Below are positions 36,738-45,190 of a stretch of DNA of 64,000 nucleotides, in pieces. The position numbers were made by a program, and so were the translations under genes. Source of the stretch: a virus (Duplodnaviria > Caudoviricetes); IMG/VR virus record IMGVR_UViG_3300002307_000018, positions 32,001 through 96,000 of that record; one strand, given 5' to 3'. Numbering within the stretch: position 1 is the first letter of the stretch; each line of letters begins with the position of its first letter. The notes beneath the pieces are model-generated. The model saw nothing but the letters and a program-made list of their open reading frames with translations, ran no database searches and had not been told where the DNA came from.

Positions 36738-36956
36738 ATGAAAAAAATCTTATCAATTGCAGCATTATCAGCAGCAACACTGGGACTCACAGGCTGTGTA
36801 GTCACTCCATCATACGTATCTTCGGCGCCAGTATACTACTCGCCAGCACCCGTGTATGTTGCACCACGCCCAGTATACGTTACTCCAGTTTGCTACACTC
36901 AGCGACAATGGAACTCATATTACAGAATGTATCAAAACGTCAGAGTATGTCGTTAA
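36738..36956 (+). CDS. Small lipoprotein with PAPVY/PRPVY repeats
   Basis: MKKILSIAALSAATLGLTGC lipobox; YYSPAPVYVAPRPVYV. Confidence 0.75.
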   Translation: MKKILSIAALSAATLGLTGCVVTPSYVSSAPVYYSPAPVYVAPRPVYVTPVCYTQRQWNSYYRMYQNVRVCR

Positions 36957-36978
36957 GCATTGCGTAATAAAAACTCTC

Positions 36979-37008
36979 AGAGTGTTGTAATCCCACGGCA
37001 CTCTTTTT
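36979..37008 (+). terminator. Putative Rho-independent terminator
   Basis: agagtg...cactct stem followed by a T run. Confidence 0.5.
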
Positions 37009-37018
37009 ACATCAACTA

Positions 37019-37047
37019 TTGACATTAAATACATTTTTTGCTATACT
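37019..37047 (+). promoter_or_regulatory. Sigma70-type early promoter TTGACA-17-TATACT
   Basis: ttgaca ttaaatacattttttgc tatact. Confidence 0.8.
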
Positions 37048-37076
37048 ACTGTATTGTCTGAAAATAAGGAAGTAAA

Positions 37077-37244
37077 ATGTTTATCGTGTATCACGTTGAA
37101 AGCTCTAAAGAATTTCGGGGAAACTATCAAACTCTGGCTGGCGCAAAACGCTCAGCTACGGCACTTAATAAGCAATTTGGAATTGGCAAATACGCTGCTA
37201 CTGATCTAGCCAATTACAAAGACAATATCATCAATAACGCTTGA
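37077..37244 (+). CDS. Hypothetical protein, 55 aa (not in ORF track)
   Basis: AAGGA SD; MFIVYHVESSKEFRGNYQTLAGAKRSATALNK...; its TGA stop overlaps the next -35 box. Confidence 0.7.
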   Translation: MFIVYHVESSKEFRGNYQTLAGAKRSATALNKQFGIGKYAATDLANYKDNIINNA

Positions 37245-37269
37245 CAATAAATCAAGCATCAGCTATAAT
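37241..37269 (+). promoter_or_regulatory. Sigma70-type early promoter TTGACA-17-TATAAT
   Basis: ttgaca ataaatcaagcatcagc tataat. Confidence 0.85.
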
Positions 37270-37302
37270 AGAATCTAATCAAACTTACATCAGGAGTATT
37301 AC

Positions 37303-38406
37303 ATGGCAACAGTTAAGACTGACGATTATACCGTCACGGCACCACAGGCACGAAAAGCACTTCTCGCCGCTTTCAAAACAAAACGTCCTGTTTTCTTGTG
37401 GGGCCCGCCAGGAATTGGCAAGTCTGAAGTAGTAGCAGAAATCACTAAAGAACTTGGTGGTCACATGATCGATCTGCGTATGGCGCAAATGGAGCCTACT
37501 GATCTACGTGGAATTCCGTTCTTCAATCGTGACAATGGCAAAATGGATTGGGCACCCCCAATTGATCTGCCTGACGAAGAACTGGCAGCAAAACATCCTA
37601 TTATCGTCTTATTCTTGGACGAAATGAACTCAGCCGCACCCTCTGTGCAAGCCGCTGGTTATCAACTTATTCTCAATGGTCAAGTCGGCAAATATAAACT
37701 GCCTGACAATGTAGTTATCGTGGCTGCGGGTAATCGTGAGTCGGACAAGGGCGTGACTTATCGTATGCCAATGCCGCTTGCTAATCGTTTCTTGCATATT
37801 GAAATGCGCTCTGATTACGCTACATGGTTGCCATGGGCAGTATCGAATGACGTACATAAAGACGTTGTATCATACTTGTCATTCGCTAAAAATGACTTGT
37901 ACAACTTTGATGCAAAATCGTCATCACGTGCGTTTGCTACTCCACGTTCATGGGTGTTTGTGTCACAATTGCTCAAGCAAGAAAATGACATGGATGCAGA
38001 TACAGTATTCACGTTGGTTGCTGGTGCTGTTGGAGAAGGTCTTGCCGCTAAGTTTGCCGGTCATCGCCGTATCGCAGCAAAACTGCCTAACCCTACTGAC
38101 ATTCTGACTGGTAAAGTCACTGAGCTTGATGTCAAAGAAGTGTCGGCAATGTACTCATTGACAGTTTCAATGTGCTATGAAATGAAGGATATCGTAGACA
38201 ACAAGCGTATGAAGCCTAAGGAAATCGATGCAATGTTCGATAACTTCTTGGCGTACGTTATGAAGAATTTTGAAACAGAATTGGGTATTCTTGGAACTAA
38301 GATTGCCATTCAGACCTACAAACTGGATTTTGATGGCACTCGTCTCAAGCATTTCACAGAGTTTCACAAGAAGTTTGGCAAATACATTATTGCCGCAAAC
38401 AAGTAA
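37303..38406 (+). CDS. MoxR-like AAA+ ATPase
   Basis: WGPPGIGKS (Walker A), LFLDEMN (Walker B), AAGNR, LANRF, ATPRSW. Confidence 0.9.
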   Translation: MATVKTDDYTVTAPQARKALLAAFKTKRPVFLWGPPGIGKSEVVAEITKELGGHMIDLRMAQMEPTDLRGIPFFNRDNGKMDWAPPIDLPDEELAAKHPIIVLFLDEMNSAAPSVQAAGYQLILNGQVGKYKLPDNVVIVAAGNRESDKGVTYRMPMPLANRFLHIEMRSDYATWLPWAVSNDVHKDVVSYLSFAKNDLYNFDAKSSSRAFATPRSWVFVSQLLKQENDMDADTVFTLVAGAVGEGLAAKFAGHRRIAAKLPNPTDILTGKVTELDVKEVSAMYSLTVSMCYEMKDIVDNKRMKPKEIDAMFDNFLAYVMKNFETELGILGTKIAIQTYKLDFDGTRLKHFTEFHKKFGKYIIAANK

Positions 38407-38408
38407 AC

Positions 38409-38430
38409 AAAAGGGGCCTAGCCCCTTTTC
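38409..38430 (+). terminator. Rho-independent terminator
   Basis: aaaagggg-cctag-cccctttt. Confidence 0.75.
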
Positions 38431-38431
38431 G

Positions 38432-38460
38432 TTGACAATAAATCAATGCTATGCTATAAT
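38432..38460 (+). promoter_or_regulatory. Sigma70-type early promoter TTGACA-17-TATAAT
   Basis: ttgaca ataaatcaatgctatgc tataat. Confidence 0.85.
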
Positions 38461-38481
38461 GTGTAATTGACTGGAGAAAAT

Positions 38482-39735
38482 ATGAGCGAAGTAATCAACA
38501 AAAGTAAAAGTAAAAACAAGTCGAGCAAATTCGATAAATTGATTGGCGTAACCGATCCCAAAGTCGATGCCAAAGCACGTGATATGCTGATCAATGCTCG
38601 TGTTAGTTTACTGTTCAAGAATTCGTTTTTTGGCAACCTAGCTACTGGTCTTAAAATGGTTAATGCCGATGACTGGTGCGGAACTGCCGCAACTGACGGT
38701 CGTTTCTTCTATTACAATTCCAACTTTATCTGTTTGCTTGAACAAAAAGAAGTAGAATTTCTTTTTGGGCATGAGGTACTGCACGTTGTTTATGATCACA
38801 TGGGTCGGCGAGGTGATCGTGACGCTCGTATGTTCAACGTTGCCAATGACTATGCGGTCAACGCCGATTTGCGCCGTCATAAAATTGGTGAATTCATCAC
38901 TTCAGTTCCCTGCTTGTACGAAGCCAAGTATGATGGAAAACCATCAGAATGGATCTATGATGATCTTATGAAAAACGTTCAAACCATTGATCTGGAAACC
39001 TTGCTTGGTATGCTGATCGATGAACACATGGACGCCGAAGAAGACGATAACGACAAAAATTCCAATCGTCCCAAGAAAATGACTGAGGCAGAGCGTGAGC
39101 AACTGCGTCAAGAAATCAAGCAAAACATTCTGAATGCTGCCAAGGCTTCTCAAGCAGGAGACTTGCCAAAGGGTGTTCAACGCTTGCTTGGTGATATCAC
39201 TGACCCAACAATGCCATGGCGTGAACTGATTCAGACCAGCGTAACATCAGCTATCAAGAATGACTATTCATTCTCAAAGCCAAATCGTCGTGGATGGCAC
39301 ATGGATGCTATTCTTCCGGGTATGACTCCGGGGGAAGAAATCGATATCTGTGTGGCACTGGATATGTCTGGCAGTATTTCTACCAAAGTTGGCAATCAGT
39401 TTGTCACTGAAGTGGGCGCCATGATGGATATGTTTGACGGCTACAAGATTCATATCTTCTGTTTTGATACCAATGCTTATGCACCCGCTGACTTCAACTC
39501 AGATAACATGGACACAATCGATCAGTACGAACCCAAGGGCGGTGGCGGTACAGACTTCCGCGCCATTTTCGATCATCTGAAAGAACGTGGTGAGCCAGTC
39601 AATCGTCTTATTGTGTTTACTGACGGTATGCCATTCGGTTCATGGGGAGATGAGGACTTCTGTGATACTACTTGGATCATTCACGGTAGCAAGGACATTG
39701 TGCCACCGTTCGGGACCCATGCTTACTTCGACTAA
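38482..39735 (+). CDS. HExxH metallopeptidase-like plus vWA-domain protein (MoxR partner)
   Basis: TAATDG, GHEVLH, NVANDYAVN; vWA DMSGS, GGGGTDF, VFTDG; GGAG SD before 38482. Confidence 0.85.
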   Translation: MSEVINKSKSKNKSSKFDKLIGVTDPKVDAKARDMLINARVSLLFKNSFFGNLATGLKMVNADDWCGTAATDGRFFYYNSNFICLLEQKEVEFLFGHEVLHVVYDHMGRRGDRDARMFNVANDYAVNADLRRHKIGEFITSVPCLYEAKYDGKPSEWIYDDLMKNVQTIDLETLLGMLIDEHMDAEEDDNDKNSNRPKKMTEAEREQLRQEIKQNILNAAKASQAGDLPKGVQRLLGDITDPTMPWRELIQTSVTSAIKNDYSFSKPNRRGWHMDAILPGMTPGEEIDICVALDMSGSISTKVGNQFVTEVGAMMDMFDGYKIHIFCFDTNAYAPADFNSDNMDTIDQYEPKGGGGTDFRAIFDHLKERGEPVNRLIVFTDGMPFGSWGDEDFCDTTWIIHGSKDIVPPFGTHAYFD

Positions 39736-39761
39736 TGTAAGTTAACTGTAATTTTTCTACC

Positions 39762-39788
39762 AAGTGCGTGTTTATCACGCACTTTTTT
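39762..39788 (+). terminator. Rho-independent terminator
   Basis: aagtgcgtg-tttat-cacgcactt-tttt. Confidence 0.8.
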
Positions 39789-39870
39789 ATGCGCCACGTA
39801 AATAAAAATATTTCAGCTAAAGATATCACGAGTAAATACTTCAGCAGTAATACATACAAAGGAAAATATT

Positions 39871-40665
39871 ATGGCGAAATTTATTAAACACGTGGGCAAA
39901 ATCGGTGATCGTAAGGTCGCTGTAGTATTCAGAGAAATTCCAGGTGAAGAATGGATGTGTCTGGTTGTCTATACAGAAACATTGAATCAAAATATTCATG
40001 ACCCACTGATCATGTGTATCGAAAGTGAGCCAGCACAGTCAGCTACAAATCTAGCAGACGCACTGAACAAGAACTATACTCGGGACGGTAAAATTCTGTT
40101 GCAAGTTCTTCATCATGAGGGTATGATGAAAAAGGTTCAAACTTCACAAGTTCTTATGACACCAGCTCCAAATCAAAGTGTCCGTTTAGACGAATTAAAC
40201 AAGATTCTGAACGAAATGGCACAGGGTGAAGAAGCTGTTAAGAAAATGGCTGAGATGGATGCAAGTCGTGGTTTACAAGACCCAAAAGACATTGCTCGTC
40301 GTATGCGTGAACAACAGCCTACTATCGATGCAGCTAAGGCAGCAGTAGATGCAGCTAATAACCCACATCGTACTCCAGTTACAGCAGCATCACCTGATGT
40401 ATACGGTGACTCAGATTTAGCTAATCAACGCTTGCAGCAAGCACAGCGCATGGCAGCAGAAGCTCGTGGTCTGTTAGCAGAGAGTCAGCGTCTTGAACAA
40501 GAAGCATACTCAATGAACCCATCACTGGCTCCAGCATCAGCAGCACCAGCCAAGCCAAAGAAAGCCAAGACAGAGAAGATTGTTTCTCCAGAAGCAATTC
40601 TAGCGGAGATGAGCACCACTAAAAGAAAAGCAGGACGTCCTCGCAAGACAGCAGTAACTGGATAA
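39871..40665 (+). CDS. Hypothetical protein, 264 aa, coiled-coil with basic GRPRK tail
   Basis: ORF track; AAAGGA SD; taaata motif upstream; ends KRKAGRPRKT. Confidence 0.75.
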   Translation: MAKFIKHVGKIGDRKVAVVFREIPGEEWMCLVVYTETLNQNIHDPLIMCIESEPAQSATNLADALNKNYTRDGKILLQVLHHEGMMKKVQTSQVLMTPAPNQSVRLDELNKILNEMAQGEEAVKKMAEMDASRGLQDPKDIARRMREQQPTIDAAKAAVDAANNPHRTPVTAASPDVYGDSDLANQRLQQAQRMAAEARGLLAESQRLEQEAYSMNPSLAPASAAPAKPKKAKTEKIVSPEAILAEMSTTKRKAGRPRKTAVTG

Positions 40666-40677
40666 TAGGATTCAACA

Positions 40678-40977
40678 ATGTCACCTGATCTTTTAGCAAA
40701 GTGGGAGCACATAGTCGATGGTGTTGAGAAAACAAAGATACCAGTCGAGTTTATAAAAAAGATCGTTATCAAGTTAAACGGCCGTCGCCAACGCACAATC
40801 AATATTCAAGCCTTATTCAAACAGGGCTTGGATACTGAGGACATCGAACTGGCAATCGTTCGTAAGTTGGAAGACTACGATGAAGAAATGATCGGTATGG
40901 AATTCATTCTCGACATCGAAGGTATTGCCGAAATCGTTCAGCCCACAACCGATGCACTTTTAAAATCGGCTAAGTAA
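40678..40977 (+). CDS. Hypothetical protein, 99 aa
   Basis: ORF track; AGGA SD. Confidence 0.7.
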   Translation: MSPDLLAKWEHIVDGVEKTKIPVEFIKKIVIKLNGRRQRTINIQALFKQGLDTEDIELAIVRKLEDYDEEMIGMEFILDIEGIAEIVQPTTDALLKSAK

Positions 40978-40981
40978 GCTA

Positions 40982-41010
40982 TTGACAACGTGCTAGATTC
41001 GTGAGATAAT
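40982..41010 (+). promoter_or_regulatory. Sigma70-type promoter TTGACA-17-GATAAT
   Basis: ttgaca acgtgctagattcgtga gataat; thyA ATG 6 nt downstream. Confidence 0.7.
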
Positions 41011-41016
41011 AGCACA

Positions 41017-41892
41017 ATGAAAACATATCTAGAACTACTATCTGACATATTATCAAACGGCGAAATTCGAGGCGACAGAACTGGCGTTGGTACCATATCG
41101 GTATTCGGACGCCAGTTACGTTTTGATCTCTCACAGGGATTTCCCGCAGTTACAACAAAGAAACTGGCATGGCGTGCAGTCAAGGGAGAACTGTTATGGT
41201 TCTTAGAAGGGTCGGGCGACGAACGCAGACTGGCAGAAATCACACATGGTATAGCAGAGGGTAAAGTTACCATCTGGACACCCAACGCACTATCATCAGC
41301 TTGGCGATCACACTCAAAGTATGAGGGTGATCTTGGTCGAGTCTATGGAGTACAGTGGCGTGACTGGCGCACACATCAAAAACGTTGGACAAGCAGTAGT
41401 GAGTCCGAAGATGTATCAGTTGATCAGATCGCAGTCTTAATCGATGGCATCAAAAACAATCCCAACAGTCGCAGACACATTCTCACGGCATGGAACGTAG
41501 CAGAGCTTGATCAAATGGCATTGCCACCCTGTCATGTACTGGCTCAGTTTTATGTCAGCAAAGATGGACAACTATCATGCCATATGTATCAACGTAGTGT
41601 TGATGTATTCTTGGGTCTGCCATTCAACATTGCATCGTACGCCTTACTTACGCACATGATAGCGCATGTATGCTCACTCAAGGTGGGTGAACTTGTGATC
41701 TCAACTGGAGATACACACATCTATCTTGATCATCAAGATCAAGTGCGTGAACAACTAGGACGTGACACACTAGCATTACCAGAATTATGGTTGAACCCAG
41801 AAGTACGTGACATTGATAAGTTTACAATGGATGACATTCAGCTTGTAGGCTACACTAGTCATGAATCAATCAAAGCGAACATGGCGGTATAA
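41017..41892 (+). CDS. thyA: Thymidylate synthase
   Basis: DRTGVGT, GELLWFL, LGRVYGVQWR, SRRHI, MALPPCH, YQRSVDVFLGLPFNIASY, GDTHIY. Confidence 0.97.
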   Translation: MKTYLELLSDILSNGEIRGDRTGVGTISVFGRQLRFDLSQGFPAVTTKKLAWRAVKGELLWFLEGSGDERRLAEITHGIAEGKVTIWTPNALSSAWRSHSKYEGDLGRVYGVQWRDWRTHQKRWTSSSESEDVSVDQIAVLIDGIKNNPNSRRHILTAWNVAELDQMALPPCHVLAQFYVSKDGQLSCHMYQRSVDVFLGLPFNIASYALLTHMIAHVCSLKVGELVISTGDTHIYLDHQDQVREQLGRDTLALPELWLNPEVRDIDKFTMDDIQLVGYTSHESIKANMAV

Positions 41893-42236
41893 TGGCTAGA
41901 TTTGACACACGTTATAATGAAACCGAACAAGGGTTTCAAACAAAATATGTAATTGTTGATGATCATATAAAGAAGATCATACCGTTGGCAGTACATTCAT
42001 ATTCACTTACTAATTACTGGGGACTTGTAAATAACAAATTGGGTAATCACAGTGACGATGATTATCTGCTCACCGAATGGATTGAAAGTGAAAAAGGTCA
42101 ATGGGTCATTAAGCGTACGCAGCGTACACCAGAGCTGGTCAAGGGTTATCATTCCACGACCTACGAAACTATGGTTCAAGTTGTAGCATTTCTGTACGAA
42201 GAAGATGCTACCATGTTTCATTTAAAATGGAGTTAA
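41892..42236 (+). CDS. Hypothetical protein, 114 aa
   Basis: ORF track; coupled to thyA; ends EDATMFHLKWS. Confidence 0.65.
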   Translation: MARFDTRYNETEQGFQTKYVIVDDHIKKIIPLAVHSYSLTNYWGLVNNKLGNHSDDDYLLTEWIESEKGQWVIKRTQRTPELVKGYHSTTYETMVQVVAFLYEEDATMFHLKWS

Positions 42237-42237
42237 C

Positions 42238-43212
42238 ATGAGGGTATTAGTAACAGGTGGCTGCGGCTTCATCGGTCATCATGTAGTTGAACGATTACAG
42301 CAAGAGGGTCATCATGTCAGAATCATTGACAGTATGACTGACTATCATGGTATGATTCCCGAGGATGAACTCAAATATCTTGTATTCGAACGCAAGAAAA
42401 AGTTCGAATATGATACTATGATTCATGAAGTCGGTATTGAAAGTCTAAACTGTCGCTTGGCATTTGAGATGTTCATGCCTGAGATGGTGATTCATCTTGC
42501 TTCAATGCCAAGACAAAAGATAGTCAACAGTAATCCCAATCGTGGCGCAGATGTCATGATCGGCGGTCTGTTAACCTTACTTGAAGCATCAGTCAATCAT
42601 TATGTTCGTAAGTTTGTGTATATCAGCAGTAGCATGGTGTACGGTGACTTCACTGACAACGTAAAAGAAGATGCTCAGTGTAACCCACAGGGCGCATATG
42701 CTATCATGAAGTACACAGGAGAACAACTTGTCAAAGATTACGCTCGTCGCACAAATCTTAATTATACTATTATTAGGCCCAGTGCTGTATACGGTCCACT
42801 GGATGTTGAAGATCGTGTGGTTAGCAAGTTCTTGTTGGGTGCTATGCGAGACGAAGTTCTAAAAGTCAACGGACCAGAAGAACGTCTAGACTTCACATAC
42901 GTCGAGGACACAGCAGAGGGCATAGTAGGGGCTGCACTAAGCGAGAACACCGATGACAAGACATACAACATCACTCGCAGTCGGTCAATCACACTGCTTG
43001 AAGCAGCGCAAACTGCTATCGAACTAGCAGGCAAGGGATCGTTCGAGATTCATGATCGTGATCTAGAGTTCCCAAGTCGTGGATCACTGAACATTGACGC
43101 AGCAAGACAAGACTTTGACTATGATCCGTACTGGAACTTCAAAGACGGTCTAGAACAGTATCATGATTGGATATATCATAGCCCGTATTGGCGAAAGAAA
43201 CTATCGATCTAG
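42238..43212 (+). CDS. NAD-dependent nucleotide-sugar epimerase/dehydratase (extended SDR)
   Basis: VTGGCGFIGHH, YISSSMVYG, YAIMK (YxxxK), RPSAVYGP, DFTYVEDTA. Confidence 0.9.
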   Translation: MRVLVTGGCGFIGHHVVERLQQEGHHVRIIDSMTDYHGMIPEDELKYLVFERKKKFEYDTMIHEVGIESLNCRLAFEMFMPEMVIHLASMPRQKIVNSNPNRGADVMIGGLLTLLEASVNHYVRKFVYISSSMVYGDFTDNVKEDAQCNPQGAYAIMKYTGEQLVKDYARRTNLNYTIIRPSAVYGPLDVEDRVVSKFLLGAMRDEVLKVNGPEERLDFTYVEDTAEGIVGAALSENTDDKTYNITRSRSITLLEAAQTAIELAGKGSFEIHDRDLEFPSRGSLNIDAARQDFDYDPYWNFKDGLEQYHDWIYHSPYWRKKLSI

Positions 43213-44012
43213 TTGCACTTTGCACGTTTAGCCCTGGTAAGTGCACCATAATCAACTGACCATTCTTTGCCAACAGGCAATTCAACACCGTTAGCGGGAA
43301 ACGTAAATCGTATTCCGCTAATTTTTTGTACTTGATCAACAGAAACTCGATACTTAGTCAGATCATTACCCAAATTTGGGTATGGAGCAACATGTGGGAA
43401 CATCCACGCAGCATACTGACCGGTCGACTCATCAATTACGATTTTATAAAAGGCATGTGGAACAACAACTCCCTTGCCTATTTTTTTGTCTGTGCTATCA
43501 TACACGGCTCCTACGTAAATCTCAAGTGAATGATTCATTTGAGTACTCCATCCATTCACGCTAGTTTCTAGTAATTTCCAAATTCCACGATTTAAACTAC
43601 CAGCCTGTGGGGCCATGTTTGTCATCAAAAACGATTCTAACTCTACTTGTTGATCCCATGACATATCTCCATCGGGTGCCTGATGTCCCTGATCATACCC
43701 AGTTCCTACGTAATCATTGGGCGTAGCACCATCGGATACGCTTTGATCGGCAGCAAATGCGTTTGAGCGAATTACACATCCTAGCACATTCTGCGGCTGT
43801 AATGAATATAGCACAAATTTAGGAATCTTAGCAGAGGAATCATACCCAACTAAGTAACCCTGTCTACATATTGGAGTAACTCTCGATACTCCCGGCAAAC
43901 CATAGGGCGCATGAACAGAACATTGTTGAAGCGACAGCGGTTCACGTTGCTGCCAAGCAAATGCTGGCAATGATATGAGAATAGATACGAGTATTACGAT
44001 TAGTTTTTTCAT
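43209..44012 (-). CDS. Exported DNA/RNA non-specific endonuclease (NucA/EndoG family)
   Basis: Signal peptide MKKLIVILVSILISLPAFA; YDQGHQAP (DRGH-like), NMAPQ...LNRGIWKLLE, VPHAFYKIV. Confidence 0.88.
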   Translation of the reverse strand: MKKLIVILVSILISLPAFAWQQREPLSLQQCSVHAPYGLPGVSRVTPICRQGYLVGYDSSAKIPKFVLYSLQPQNVLGCVIRSNAFAADQSVSDGATPNDYVGTGYDQGHQAPDGDMSWDQQVELESFLMTNMAPQAGSLNRGIWKLLETSVNGWSTQMNHSLEIYVGAVYDSTDKKIGKGVVVPHAFYKIVIDESTGQYAAWMFPHVAPYPNLGNDLTKYRVSVDQVQKISGIRFTFPANGVELPVGKEWSVDYGALTRAKRAKCN

Positions 44013-44017
44013 ATAGT

Positions 44018-44057
44018 TATTTATTAGAAAATGTAGATTTTTGATAGACGATAAATA
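44018..44057. promoter_or_regulatory. Back-to-back late promoters (minus TAAATA 44018-44023; plus gATAAATA 44050-44057)
   Basis: 5 nt and 7 nt from the ATGs at 44012 (minus) and 44065 (plus). Confidence 0.6.
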
Positions 44058-44064
44058 CTTTATC

Positions 44065-44484
44065 ATGAGATTATTTGAATTTTCCGACAATAAAGAAAAA
44101 CGTGTACGTCAGCTTAAAGAATTTGAGCGTTGGGTGTGTGAAAAACTTGACTGTCAAGTGCCTGATGTTGATTATGGATTTGATTTAGATAAAGTCAAGC
44201 AAATGAGAACGTTTGGCAGCACTTCAAGCGATGGAAACATCTGGGTGTATGTAGGCGATAGAAACATGGCTGACACAATGCGTACTTTAGCACATGAATT
44301 GATTCACCTTAAGCAATTTGGAAAAGGAACTGCTAGCGATGACATGGACGAAGATCAACGTCAACACATAGAAGACGAAGCCAACGCTATAGCAGGCAGA
44401 TTGATGCGAGAATACGGTGGAGAACATGAAGAAATTTACGAGAACAAAAAATCTCAGATGACTAAGTATAGCATAAATCGATAA
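44065..44484 (+). CDS. Zincin-like metallopeptidase (HExxH)
   Basis: MRLFEF start; DTMRTLAHELIH...EDEANAIAG. Confidence 0.75.
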   Translation: MRLFEFSDNKEKRVRQLKEFERWVCEKLDCQVPDVDYGFDLDKVKQMRTFGSTSSDGNIWVYVGDRNMADTMRTLAHELIHLKQFGKGTASDDMDEDQRQHIEDEANAIAGRLMREYGGEHEEIYENKKSQMTKYSINR

Positions 44485-44511
44485 ATACAAGAATAAGGAA
44501 CACTCACCATC

Positions 44512-45186
44512 ATGACAAGACCACTAACCTCCGCTATTATTAACGAAAGACTCAAAGAGTCTGGTCGTGATATTAGTTTGATTGGTGAATACAAAAATAA
44601 CAGAACAAAGGCTCTGTTTGAGTGTGCTCGTGGCCATCGTTGGGAATCCATAGTTCTGGGAGTATTGACAAGAAATGGATGTCCGCACTGTTCTGGAAAA
44701 TTTCCAATCACCCAAGAAGAAGTTAATAATAGAATAAAAAATAGAGAAATAACACTGATACAGAATTTTAAAAATATCAAAACAAAGGCACTATTTGAAT
44801 GCAAGAATGGCCATCGATGGAGTACCAACGTACATCATGTGTTATCTGGAAGAGGGTGCCCATCCTGCGTTGACAATGGGTTTAAACCACATGACCCTGC
44901 GTATGCATACATTCTAAACTATGGCGATTTTTTGAAGTATGGAATCACTAATTCGTTAACGAGACGATTAAAAGAACATAAACAAAACGGGCATTATGTT
45001 ATTGTTGATGTCAAATCATATAATGTCGGACATGACGCACTTTTATGGGAAAATAGCATAAAATCAAGATTCGGTGGTCGATTTGCTTCTAGAGAACAAT
45101 GCCCCGATGGATATACTGAAACACTATCGCTGTCCTTGTTAGAACAGTTACAACAAACATTTAAAAATAAATATAACGAGGCATAA
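44512..45186 (+). mobile_element. Putative homing endonuclease: two Zn-ribbon repeats plus GIY-YIG-like domain
   Basis: ALFECARGHRW...GCPHC and ALFECKNGHRW...GCPSC; YAYI...LKYGITN...RRLKEH; AT-rich. Confidence 0.7.
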
Positions 45187-45190
45187 TATT

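Noticed and set aside
10953-44090. Longest-ORF starts in the track (10953, 17523, 19559, 26374, 31413, 33220, 38467, 44041, 44090)
   Set aside because: The extensions overlap neighbours or run through promoter motifs; downstream ATGs fit the SD or promoter spacing better.
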